From Dimorphilus gyrociliatus (Eukaryota; Animalia; Annelida), in NCBI GenBank assembly GCA_904063045.1, contig CAJFCJ010000004.1, positions 2,432,496 to 2,496,495 of the forward strand: DNA of 64,000 bases, written 5' to 3'. Shown here piece by piece: positions 1 to 12,529 of the stretch (the stretch's first letter is position 1; the number at the start of each line of letters is the position of its first letter). The notes beneath the pieces were generated by a model. That model made no database searches and was not told the DNA's origin. It worked only from the letters and a program-made list of their open reading frames with translations. Position numbers and translations under genes: made by a program.

Positions 1-997
1 ATATGTATATTAATCATACACATACGTACTATATACCTCTCATTCATCTTTGTATAGTTAGAAAACTCTATACTATTAAGAATTTCAAAAGGAAAGGAAA
101 CTCTAACACTAGATAAAATATTATCAGGTATCTTCTAGTTTAGATAAAGCTCAGCTTTTTTTTATATATCAAACAGTTAACGAGAAAGAGCTATAACTAG
201 TTTTTTATAACGCTTTGTTTATTACTTCTTATGTCTTTGTTTAAGATCGATTACTATTAATAGTACTATTACTACTACTGAAAAGTGTTCAAGCACTTGG
301 AGTTATTACAATTTTCCGTTCACATTATTTAGAGAATATAGAATATCGCCAACTTCAATACGATTCTCTTATGTATAATTACGTAAGAACCGTTACATAA
401 TTAACTAATTTTTGAACAATGTAAAAGAAAATTAAACGTTAAAACTTTTTAACAAACAGCAGATATTTGAATTTGCCTGAATAGGTTGGATCGTTTCTTA
501 ATTTAATCATTTGTTGACTAAACGAAAATAAGTTACGTAGTCAATTCAATTAAAGTTGATTGAATAAATCTTTAAAATGAAAGGGAAAGAAGAGAAAATA
601 GGCATTTAGTTCCTTCTTTCTCTTTTTATAATATACGTTGAAAAGCTTTTTCTTTCTAACATTGTTTTATAGAGTAAAAATATTTGTAATCCGTATTTAA
701 AACATTTGTAAGGAAGTATTATTTATCTGTTAGAGATTATTTCAATACTTATTTTTAATAAAATATCTAAAAGATTAGTGGCTAGCAACACTTTAGAAAA
801 TAATCTGTCTCATAAATATTCATATTTATAAGTTTTATTTTTCTCTTAAATAGAAGAAAACTTTTACTACGGTCTCTTAAAAGGCTATAGCTGCTACTGT
901 GCTGCTATGTTCTTTTGAGGGATATATCTCATTTTTATCAACTTTGTTTCGAAAACTCTTACTAAAATCATTGTCAGTATCTGCTGGTTAAAGTATA

Positions 998-3900
998 ATG
1001 GGTTCGGGTGTATCGACACTAGATTATCATCTTAAATCTACTGCAATAAATGCTGGAAAAGGTAAACTTTTAATTGATTCTTTTTCGTTTTTCTATAATT
1101 AATTAACTTCTCTTTCCCATCCTTTCTCACTAGGTTTGTTCCAAGCTGTAAGAATTGGAAACAATCCCGTAGTATGCCAAAGACTATTAAAGCTAGAACC
1201 AAATCTGGCTTTAGAGCTTTACGATGGACTGATGAAGAAAACTGTTCTCAGAGTATGCAAATTTTTTTCCAAACGAATTTAAAGTTGACATTTGGTAAAG
1301 ATGCATTAAAACAATAACAGATTGCCCATCACCAACTTTCTGTAATAGATGAAAGTAGTCCGGAATATCAACTTCGATTACAAATCTATAATATAATTAA
1401 AAATGGTGTAGACGAAGCTATGAGAACAGCTATTTTAAAGGACAATCTGAAGTATATAGTAGATTTATTCAAAGGCGGTAAAATACAAACTTAATCAATG
1501 TTTTATGAATGCAAAATTTATTTTCTTCTTTCTAAAAAGGTGCTGACGTTGTACAACTTGATAATCCTTCGTGTACGAACAAACTTGGTTGTTTAGGTCT
1601 GGCTTGTGATAAAAAAACTATTAACAATGAAATAGTTAAATTCCTTACTGACAGCGATGAAAGAAACATTCCGGTAAAGTGTAAAATACCACTTGATGCT
1701 ACTGAATACTTATAATAATGATAAAAAAATCCAGGTACTTTGTGAGGAAATGAAACCTTTTTCTCGTAAAAGTCTATTTAACAAGATACAGGAAAAGGGA
1801 AGTTCAGATTTGCAAAACGATTCAAGAAAGAAAATTGAAAATCATCTTTTCAAATTGATAGCAACATCAGATGTAGATGCGGCAAAAATGGTCGAGAAAC
1901 TCGGGTTAATAGCTTTCATATCTTTTTTCTTATCTATAGTATGTAAGTGTTGTAATTTTTATAGATATCAATTTTTTCCACTGAACTTTTCAAATGATAA
2001 GAGCGAAACTCCAATAGAAGTGGCGATAAAGAACAGAGCATTCAAAACAATAAGCAGTATTTTACGTTATGATGTAAAATATTCTTCAATTTTCTCGTTT
2101 TCTTTTATAATTGATTATTTTTATTTGTTCTTTTTACTTAGAGAAATAACATACCAATAAATATCCAAGAGGCTAAGTATGAATTACTATTTATATTATT
2201 AACTTCCTTGTCCCCCAGCCCCACGAAAACTTCCCTCTATTAAGACTTTTACTTTTAACAGCCATCAAATTACAGTTGCCCTAAATATTGGTCGAAATAC
2301 TGAGGAGTTATTCAAACATTTAAACGAGATTAACTCAATTGAAAATTTTTCTAAACATTTAAGAAATATCGATAAACGTGCAGTTGATGAGAGAGGTAAA
2401 ATATAATGACAATGGGTTTAAATACTAATAATTGTAATATAGGTAATAATATTTTGAACCTTGCACTCATTAATGAATGCTCCGAAGATATTTTGAGAGT
2501 AATCCTAAAAAACAGTCAAGTATTGCATAATGTTGTTAATGACGATGGACTCGACTGTATTCAAATTACCATTAAACATCTTGAGAATAGATATTTGAAA
2601 ATTTTATTCGAAGAAGGAATAAGTTTATTAAACCCAAGGCAAATAAATTACTTAGAATTTGCTAAAGGTGAGTAGTTCTTCCCTCCTCCCTCCCTCCCTC
2701 TCTCTCTCTCTCTCTCTCTCTATCATAGATAATACTTGTGTACTATGTAGAGGTGAATAAATTTGAAGAATTTGAAATGATTTTAACTACTGAAATGTGG
2801 AAAATTTTAAGAACGGCAGTGTCAGTGTCAGATATGAAAACTTTTCATGAAGTTACCGCTTGTGGTGGTAATCCTAAGATTATCAATCGCGACTTTAACT
2901 TGGAAGATTCATCGTCCCTTATGCATTGCGCTATCGAAAAAGGTAATCAAGTGAAATTAATAAGCAATCAATCGCTATTTATGTATCGATTTATTTTAGA
3001 TCAGCGAAAAATGATAAAAGAACTATTTTTAATTGGAGTAGATATTGGTAATACGCATCATCCAGATGAACTGACTCCTTTACATTTAGCAATTCTCAAA
3101 GATAAAGATGCAATTGTCGATGAACTCTTCGCCTTTAATTTGCCCCAAAACTTGAATTTATCTTCACAGAGTTTGACTGAAAGTAGAACAGCTTTAATGG
3201 AAGCTGCTATTAGAAATAAATTAGAAGTGGTAAAACTTCTAGTATTGAATGGAGCTGATACGCAACAGAAGGATAAGTCGGGAAGGACAGCTGCCGCTTT
3301 AGCGTCGAACAAAAATATTGCGTATTACCTACAGAGTATAGAAGATATTGTAGATGAACTTCAAATATTAGACAATATTCCAGTTGGAGATAATTTGCAA
3401 AATCATCCAAGAATATTGCAGGAATGCGAAGGTTATTCTCTCGAACCTCAACCTTTAAGTAATATGGATAAGAGAAAAAGATACCTTAAAATTGTCAGGA
3501 TTGATAATCATTTATCGTTCATGAGTATCGATAATCTAAATACAAAATTAGGTAGTGCTATCAAAGCTTCGGAATTGCAAGACGTCAAAAGTTTCTGCAA
3601 TGACGGAGCTGATGTTGCCTGTTCAAGTGGTTCTTTAACGCCTTTAAGATTAGCTAATCAAACGCTAAACAAACTATATAATTTTTATAGGAACGCTAAT
3701 TTTCATGAAGGTAACAGCCATGGATATGAAAAAATGCAGAAAGCTATTAGCGTATCTATTTGGATACAAAATAGATTAAACTTCGAGTTGTGTAGAGCAA
3801 TTAGAGATAATGATTATCCTAGACTGATTGGCTTAACTGAGGCAGGAGCTAGTTATACTCTTCCTGATATTGATCAAAAAACAAAAGTTAAAGAACGATT

Positions 3901-6900
3901 CACCTCACCATTTGGTTTAATTGGAATATCTTTGGAAAATCACGACAATGTGGACATTGTTAAAGCAGTATTAAAGTTTACTCCAGAGGAAAACAATCAA
4001 GTTTTGGTCAGCCATAATTCTTTAACTTCAATAAACATTGCCCAAAAGTACAAAAGACATAATAGTGCTCAAATTATTATTCAATATTTTACCTTGAGTT
4101 TTAAATTACTACTTGAAAACGTAACAAACAATGACTCTTTAAGTCAGTTGGAAAAAGAACAATTGGTAAAAAAAATGGAAATTTTGATGAAGGATGGAGC
4201 CTTACCTTCAATAAATACAAAGGAAATTCTAAAGCAAGCTCTTCAGTTCTCCAATTACAACTTATTTAGATTAACTTTGGAAAAAGGAGCCGACCCAAAT
4301 TTAATAACTGAAGAAGACATCGATAGATCACCTAATAATAGCGATATAAAAAACATCTTTTTATTTTATAAAAAACAACACGAAACCCATAATAACTTGG
4401 TTAACGCTCTCTTTAAAGGAGATTTAAAGTTTGTTACCGAATTTCATAGACGGGGTTGTAATACTGCTGGTTATAATTTTAACGGTGATACTTTTGTACT
4501 TTGGGCAACAAAGCTAGGTTCGAAAGCTTTAGTTGAGTATTTCTTAGGAGTAGGAGGTCCGCTTGATCATCGAAGTTTAAGTGAAACGAAATCTTTGGTT
4601 GAAATATCAAAGAACTCAAACAACGTCGATCTATATAGTTTAATTGAAAATGAGGTGAAAAAACGTTTAAAAATGTCAATTATCAGCGGTGATTGTAGTG
4701 AAATTGACATATTATGCTCTTCGAATTCATATCTGTTAGCCGATATCGAAGAGGACTTGCTTGCTAATGATAACGAAACAATTGGAACTTTGGCTGCTAA
4801 GAATTTTTCTATAGAAGTATTTAGAACACTACACACTTACAACGTTAACTTTCATAAGTTAAATAACTTGGGAGAATTTCCCTTAGCTATAGCGGCGTCT
4901 AAAGGAGATTTTAGCATTGTTGAATTTCTTGTCGAAACAGCTGGAGTAAATGTACAAGAACAATATGGCAATTCAACAGCAGCTGATTTGGCGCAAGCCA
5001 AAAAATTCCTTGTAATTGCTCACTATCTAAATACGGGAGAATTACCAGAGGATGATTTAGACAGCAAAGAACCATTATACACTTTAAATGAACTATTAAA
5101 CGCTGTTAAAAAGGCAAATCATACAATTATTGATGAATTTATAGACGATGATTATAACGATCCAAAATTAAAAGTTCAACATTGTAAGCAGATGATTTTA
5201 TGCGCAAAAAGGTTATTTTTTATTATTAGTTTTATTTTTATTGTGGTTATTAAAACTATTGTTATGTACAAACAAATCAAATATTCAAAAGGTGTTTTAC
5301 CTACAACACAGAGAACGGAAGCTGGATATTGCTATAAAACTAGAAAGATTAGCTAAAGATATGGTTGATCCATATACTACCGGTATGTAAAGATTCATAC
5401 ATCATTCAATTTTAGTATTTTATAACATTCCTATCATTTTAATTTAGGTCGAGTTCTTACGCTTTCCAATAAACTAAGAGAAGTTCTAACAACTATGACA
5501 AAGACAATCTATCAGTTAATTATAGAAACTGACGAAGTAGGTTCGGATACAGATAACTTGACGGCTATTAGACGACTAACTAAAGAGAGAATCTGTAAAA
5601 CATTCCTGTCGAAAACGGATATTAACGGAGAGAAACAGGAATTACGGGAAATGGCCAAAAAAACCGAAACCGAAATCGACAACATTGATATACAAACAGA
5701 CGAAATTAAAGAATCATTAAAGAAAAAGAAAGATGAATTGGAGAAAGCTACTGATCCGGAAGAAAGACTATCCTTAAGAAAGGATATAGAGGAAACGGAG
5801 AGAAGGGTAAAAATTTAAGATATTTAAAGATTTACGGTATTCAATTCAAGCTGTAGGATAGTAAAAAACAACTTATTGTCTGTTTTGGATAAAAAGAGGA
5901 ATAATAGCAACAGTAGGCTGAATAGAAGGTAAAAGTATATATCTTCCAATTTGGCTTTACATTTGAGAACTTCCTAAGCAACTACAATTTACTTCCAGTT
6001 TAATTAATTATTGAAATGTATGTTTACTTGTAATATTTAGAAGATATACTTTATAATAGGCTCTTCAAGTAAAAATATAAGACATTCTTAATTTTGCTTA
6101 GGAAACTATATACTAAAGGATTCTAAGTATCCAATTATCTTTAGATTTTATCCCTCTGTTTATGAATTATTAAATTCTTTGTTTACAGATGCCTCTGTTG
6201 AACTATTATAGAATTTTACTGAACGAAAAAACAAATATTATTAAAAAACATGAAGAAATATTGGAACTTAATCAAAGCAGCAGGGCGGAAGTGTATACAT
6301 TCTTTAATAGAATAAAAAATCAACTTAAAATGTTATATGCTCAACACTACGTTCAAGATGATGAGAAGGAAAAAACTGACGATCAGTCTGAAAACGATAG
6401 CATTCGTAAAGTCATTGTCTTATTCAGCGATTCTGTAATGGAGTTGGCTATTGACGAAATTGACAAAAGTTCGTCTGATGGAGTAAGCCTTTATCATATT
6501 TAATTCTTCTTTTCCTAATATCTTATTAACAATTAGAGAAAGATTGTCTCGATTCTTGCGAGAACTCTTCAGGCAACAAATAGCGATATAACAATAGACA
6601 ACGAAGTACAATCAGAGGAACGTTTACTCTTAACAAGTGGTCTTCTCGATATTGAAATATCATTATCGAGTTACAGAATAGCGCTATTTTATCATCATCA
6701 AGTTGGTGTATTTATAGGTAAGAAGGGAATATTTACATATTTTTAGCTAATTATCAAATGAAAATATGCGGATTGTTTATTTTAATATAGACGACGAAGC
6801 CTTCAAAATGATTTACAACTTTTCCGATTTCATAACATATGCAATATATACGAACAGATCGAAATTTAATGATATACAACCAATACAATTGAGTAAGTGA

Positions 6901-8684
6901 AATATATCTATAATTAATATTTATTCAATTAGATAATCAATGTATTCTATTCATTTTTCACTTAAAAAAAAGATGAACAGTTCGCGCTTGCTGCTACTAC
7001 GACATTAAGCTTAATATCGGATATTGGAGAGAAATTAAAGGTATAGTATAGGAAAGTGTTTTTTCATTTTCCATCTTATTACTTGGATCTTTTCTTTGGA
7101 AATAGGCTAAAATTAAATGTGCGGATGAAACCATTCGTGATACAACTATATATGAATTAAGCACGGAAGGAGTAATTATTACATCAAATGGACATTTATA
7201 CGGTGATGAGAAAAATATTGATATCTTTGGACTCTATCCAGGAACAAAAGAAGTAGCTGAAAAACGAAAGTTGCAATTATTACTAGAAAAAGGGGTGGCT
7301 AATCCGAATTATTACCCTCAAGGTTAACTATTTTAATCCATTTATTCTTTAAAATATTAATTAATAATTAATTATTTTTAGAGTCTATTGAAAAAGTCCT
7401 AAAGTATATATCGAGACAAGAGATAAACAACTTCCTTGATTCGCAAGGTGTTAGCAAAAAGTCTATTCAAATTGAGTTGCAAAAATATTCCGGGATAGTT
7501 GATGATAAAGTTCTAAAATTAAACCAGAAGTTTATAATTTCTCAAGCGAATGTTGAGGATCAGGTATTGATTACGTCATCTTTATAATTTTGTATTTTGG
7601 CCCGATTATTAACCTGCTGCTTTCGCTTCTTGATAACGTCTTTGTACAATTAAAAATTTGTAACATTCACTTTTAGGCACCGACTTACACAATTATAATT
7701 GATTAGCCTCAAGGTAAAAAATAGGACGATTTTATCACATTTGATGCTTTTAAGCGCTTCAATACTGTAACAATTTCGGTTAGCCAGCCGTAACATCAAC
7801 GGTTGGTTATTCAATTGTTAAAGCACACACACAAAAAAAAGAAAGTTTCCTCTTTGAATTCTTTTCAGAGATTCACCTTTTATTACATTCTTTCAGATAA
7901 CAAAAATGTGTGGCCACATTGATGAGCATGTTAAAAAGACGAGTGGAGAGCTGGAACAAGTAAGGCATCATCAACAGGTGTTTATGAAACAAGCACTTAA
8001 CGATTTTAAAAATCAAATGGCTATATTATTGACTACTTATGAAAAAGAAAAGGTTCTTGAGAGATGCCATCTTCTTACCTAATTATTTTAAAATCATAAA
8101 TTTTGATTTAAACAGAGTGAAAGAACTGAGGAATTTAGAAAATTTAAATGGAGATTGAAGCAAATCTACGGCGAACAAAGCGATGATACGGTCGAAAAAT
8201 TAAATAACGATAAAAGAGAGTTTGAGCAAAGAATTAAAGATTTTAATGAGGAAATGCAAAATTCTTATCATCAACTTTTCGAAACAATGCATAAGACTTT
8301 GGGACAATTTGCAGTAAAGGTAAAACTGTCAAAACTAACTGTTTTTTATTAAAAGTGTTTAAGAACCTTCTTGACACTTTGAAGTGATATTGTAAATAAA
8401 ATAAATCATTAATGCTTTACTTCAATTCAGATGAACAATATGGAAATGAGTGTGAATTCTACGGAGAGTACAACAAGTCGATTAGGCGAGGTTGTCCATG
8501 ATTTTAAGGACAAACTAAATTTATTCAAGAGACAAGTATATATAACTATAGATAATATTCGGATAATTTGAATAATTATTGAATATAATTTATATCTTTT
8601 CAGCTTGACTCGTTCGACTTTAAAATTGAAGATATAATTCCCAATTCGGAAAGTCCACTTCCAAAAACTGATATATTCGAATAA
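998..8684 (+). CDS. Large multi-exon ankyrin-repeat protein with an N-terminal MGSGVS myristoylation-type motif and a long helical/coiled-coil C-terminal region
   Basis: ATG at 998. Phase-consistent exons 998-1061, 1134-1252, 1321-1477, 1540-1673 and 1735 onward join the track ORFs 1693, 2406, 2738, 5495, 6189 and 8155. The last exon is 8604-8684, ending in TAA. Ankyrin motifs: TPLHLAILKDKDAIVDELF, TALMEAAIRNKLEVVKLLVLNGAD, FPLAIAASKGDFSIVEFLVE. Some internal exon boundaries are approximate. Confidence 0.8.
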
Positions 8685-9214
8685 GAGAGCGCACTCTACC
8701 AGCTGATTCTGTCTTGAACAATTAAATATATATCTTCTCTTCTTTTGGCTTTTTGTAACAAATACATTAAACTTACATTATTAATAGTATTTTGTTGTAA
8801 TATACAGAAATTAGAAGGTATAAAACTCTAAATGGTAAAAGTGATTTTTAAAGGAAGATGTAGGATATGAAAAAGGAATTAATCTGGTAAAGGATTCACC
8901 GTCCTTAAATCGTTAAAATCTCCAGAGAGGATAAAGTAAAGTATTGATTTTAGGGTCGTTAAATTTCGATACATCGCATTTTGGAAGCGGAGACATCGGA
9001 ATCCTTTCTTAAGAAATTCCATTGTTGATGCACATAAACCGCAATTTTTAAACGATTTAGGTCATTTAATGACATAAACTAGTATAATAATAACAAGTTT
9101 CGAAATGTAATTCATCTTTACCCCTTCTTAACGACTTCTTTTCAAGAGCCGACTATAAATCAATTGTATCAATTGTAAGCATTCATCTGTCAAACTGTTT
9201 TTTTAAATTTTACG

Positions 9215-9226
9215 ATTCGCGCCAAA
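9215..9226. promoter_or_regulatory. E2F-like site in a CpG-rich patch
   Basis: ATTCGCGCCAAA matches the classical TTTCGCGCCAAA E2F site at 11 of 12 positions and lies in the CpG-rich stretch 9210-9345. Confidence 0.3.
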
Positions 9227-9371
9227 TTTTCGGCCCTTAAGGGCTCGTTTGCATATTCGAATTGCACGCGTCAGTCTTTATTGAAATCGCTGCGCGCTCA
9301 TTCAACTGTCAGTCGCGTTAGATCCGCATCGCTCCTAAGACCGGTATTTATTTTCTATTTTTTTTTCTCTT

Positions 9372-9376
<5 letters not shown>

Positions 9377-9412
<36 letters not shown>
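9377..9412. repeat. (CT)n microsatellite, representative of many CT/GA tracts
   Basis: Direct sequence. Confidence 0.95.
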
Positions 9413-9414
<2 letters not shown>

Positions 9415-11296
9415 ATTAACATTATTATTAATATTTTTTGTCCTATATAAATTAATATTCAAATTTATGGCCGTTTTAATAAAAACTAACAATTATTTAT
9501 AATATTTAAGCAATAAACTATTAAATTCTTATTAACTTACCACCATGCGAAAATTTGTTACCTTTAAACAGCCTTTTATGATTATTAAAGAGCTAAATCA
9601 TCATTTTATATTTAGATATATTTTCTTAGGTAAATGTAGCTGTATGGAAAATTAATTCGTACCTTGTTAAAAGTTATAACTAGTTACGTACTTAAGCAAT
9701 TTAATTACATTTTATCGCCTCCTTGCCAAAGGCTTATGTAATGTTATCAAAAGAGAAAATGGAGAATAAATTCTTCTTTTGTTCCCTATTCTTTTTTTCT
9801 TTAACTAATTTTCCACATAATTTACTCAATTAATAGGAGTTTAATATTAACCCACTTCCGCTCTACTGTATTTTTCATGGTAAAAGGGGAGGATGATTGA
9901 AGGAGGTGGGAGGCAAAAAAAGAGAAAGAGAGAAAGAAATTCCTACCTTTTTACCCTTGGTCACTAAAATTTATTTATAAATAAACTAAACTACCTTCCG
10001 ACCGTGCATGATCTATTATTACGGCATTTACATTTAGGTCACGTGACTGTGATTTATGACATTTAGGGAGTTTATGCTCACCCTTTATGCTATGGAAGGG
10101 TTGTTTTTGGTATATTTATTACCCGTTTCTTTTTTATATCGAATATAGGTGGTCCAAAGGTTTATTGGTAATATCTGTTACATTACAGTGTACCGGTGTA
10201 TAAGAAATGACTGTTTTAATGTTTTATAACTTGATTTCTTGTTAAACATTTGCACATATGAAGAACTTTGATTTATTTTATGAACCGGCGAATATTTTAT
10301 TGAAGGTTATTTAAATAAATTAAACTCCCAATTGCGCTTAAGATTAAGGAGAGGGGAAAGAGAGAGAGAGAGAATGAAAGAGGACGGGGAGAGAGAGAGA
10401 GAGAAGAATAAAAATTAATAAGAGTAAATCGATAGGGTTAGGGTCATCTTAAATAAGAGTCTTTTAAGGTACAAGTTACTCTACACCTCGTTAAAAACGC
10501 CGTGGGAAAAATAGACAATACCTTCAGTAAATCGTACGCAAGGGTCTAGTTATGTCACGTTAAAGGTCGTTTGTTCATTGTTGATGTAAAAAAAGTAAAG
10601 GTTATTATATTCAGACTTTTGACTCTTTTATAATAATGAAGAGGTCGGTTTATAAATAGGTAAAGTGACATTTGATTGAGGATTAGGAGTTTTAAGTACA
10701 CAAATATCAAGTTTTGTAAATAATTCACATTCCCCCTCTTTTCTCCATCCTTATTGCATTATCGTCTTCACTTCCTTACCTTGAAATTAATACTAATTAC
10801 TTATTCAACCGGAACCGTATGTCTTCTTGTTATCGTTGGATTTATCCTAAGAGGACAACTTTTAGGAGAAGTATTAAAAAAAAAAGCAGGAAGAAGAGAT
10901 GAAAAAAGTAAACAATTTGTCTTCTTTCATCTTCCCTTGAAGTAAGGAATCGGTGCATGTTCGACCCTAAAAAAATATAAAGGGTTAAAAAAAAACTAGT
11001 AGCGCGATTAACTTGGAAGACCGTGCGAAACGCATGATCACGCTGATAAAAAGGTTACGGAAATGATCCTTTGTGACGTAACGACCCCTAAAAATCCTTA
11101 CTGTCAACACCTGGGGCTATTTTCATTACGCCTTACTGGCTTTTCGAGACTTTTTATGATCATTTAATTTTGGCATCACGCATATTTATCATTCCCCTTA
11201 GTTTACATCTCCTTTAGGAGATCAACCAAGAAGCCGCCTCACCCGTTGTCATCCCTTTACCCTCCCATTCATAAACTACCTAAGATTCAAGCCATT

Positions 11297-11380
11297 ATTG
11301 GCGAGTTCATAAGCTTTCAGAGCACCCTAAAGTGGGCCCTTTAATTGGCGTTTTTAACGTGTCCTCGCGGCGCGTTTGAA
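11297..11380 (+). promoter_or_regulatory. Putative cell-cycle promoter module: two inverted CCAAT boxes plus CDE/CHR
   Basis: ATTGG at 11297 and 11344; GCGG at 11367-11370, a 4-nt spacer, then TTTGAA at 11375-11380. Motif match only. Confidence 0.35.
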
Positions 11381-12529
11381 AAGGAATCAATAGTACCTGT
11401 AGAGGAGTTTCTATTTATAGAAAGGCCCATACAGTACGATACAGTATGGTGTAATAAAAAAAAGCAGTAGCGTGTGAACATAAAAGGCTATTTTCATATT
11501 TTCGACCCAAGAATAGTATTTTAAAATAATCTATTAAAAATTTATTTCACCGGTTCTATACCTTATTCAAAATTCTTTTGTGCCGCGTCAGAGCCTTCTT
11601 CCTACTACCTTACAGTAATTTTCTTTTCATTCGGCAGCTGAAGAACGTTTTAGAATACCTCTTCTACCCAGTTGGAGTTTTATTGGGTACGTTTTGTTCC
11701 CATTATCATTAGGGATAAAAAAAAGTTTTTTCAAACAATAAACTATTGATAAAGTTTTTCCCCAAAGAAGAAAATTGAATAGAGACAAATCACCGACGAA
11801 ACGTAATAAAGAAGAGAGAATAGGAGATATTAAAAAGGAGAAGACAGTTATATATATATATATATATATAGATATATATACAGTATATATATATACATAT
11901 TCAATCTATACAAAGAGGACGAAGAGGAGGAGTTATTGAATACAATTTAAAAAATACACTCGATCTCATTGAAAAGGCGTTTTGGTTGAATATATATAGA
12001 AAAGAAAGTCTGAAATGCTTAACGCCAATAAAGATAGAATCTTGTAAGTTAAATTACTTTTTTTTTTTACATCTAACGTATAATAATGCAATATACGTTG
12101 CATATAGTGAAACGCTCGTTATCTTAGGCGCCATCTACCCGTGCACTTGTTATATGACTTTGTGCGGCAGACCATTCGGAGGCGTTATAGCTAAAGAACA
12201 ATATTTTTAAGGGCAACAAATTTGGGAAATTTTATCGCTTTAGTGCTGGAAAAAATATTTTGTTTGACGAAAACAAGACATTTTATTTGTAAAATAGGAA
12301 ATAAAAACGAAAACGAGATAGATAGATAGAAGGAAAAAGAGGAAAAAATTGAGAGGAAAGAAGGATTTGAATATACTTAGTCACTTAGTCAAGGTTAGAG
12401 AAGAGAGAGAGAGAGAGAGGAAGTAAAGAATATTAAAAGATAATTATATATCTCTCTATCTATACACGTTGTACAGATTTATTCAATATACTATATATCG
12501 GCGTACGTATATATTTGTACACATGAAAG

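Noticed and set aside
8879-9022. 47-aa minus ORF (MEFLKKGFRC..) downstream of the E2F-like site
   Set aside because: Short, with no recognisable motif and no consistent splice partners.
10038-10047. Perfect GTCACGTGAC palindrome (E-box/CLEAR)
   Set aside because: A single short motif not linked to any defined transcription start, so it could be chance.
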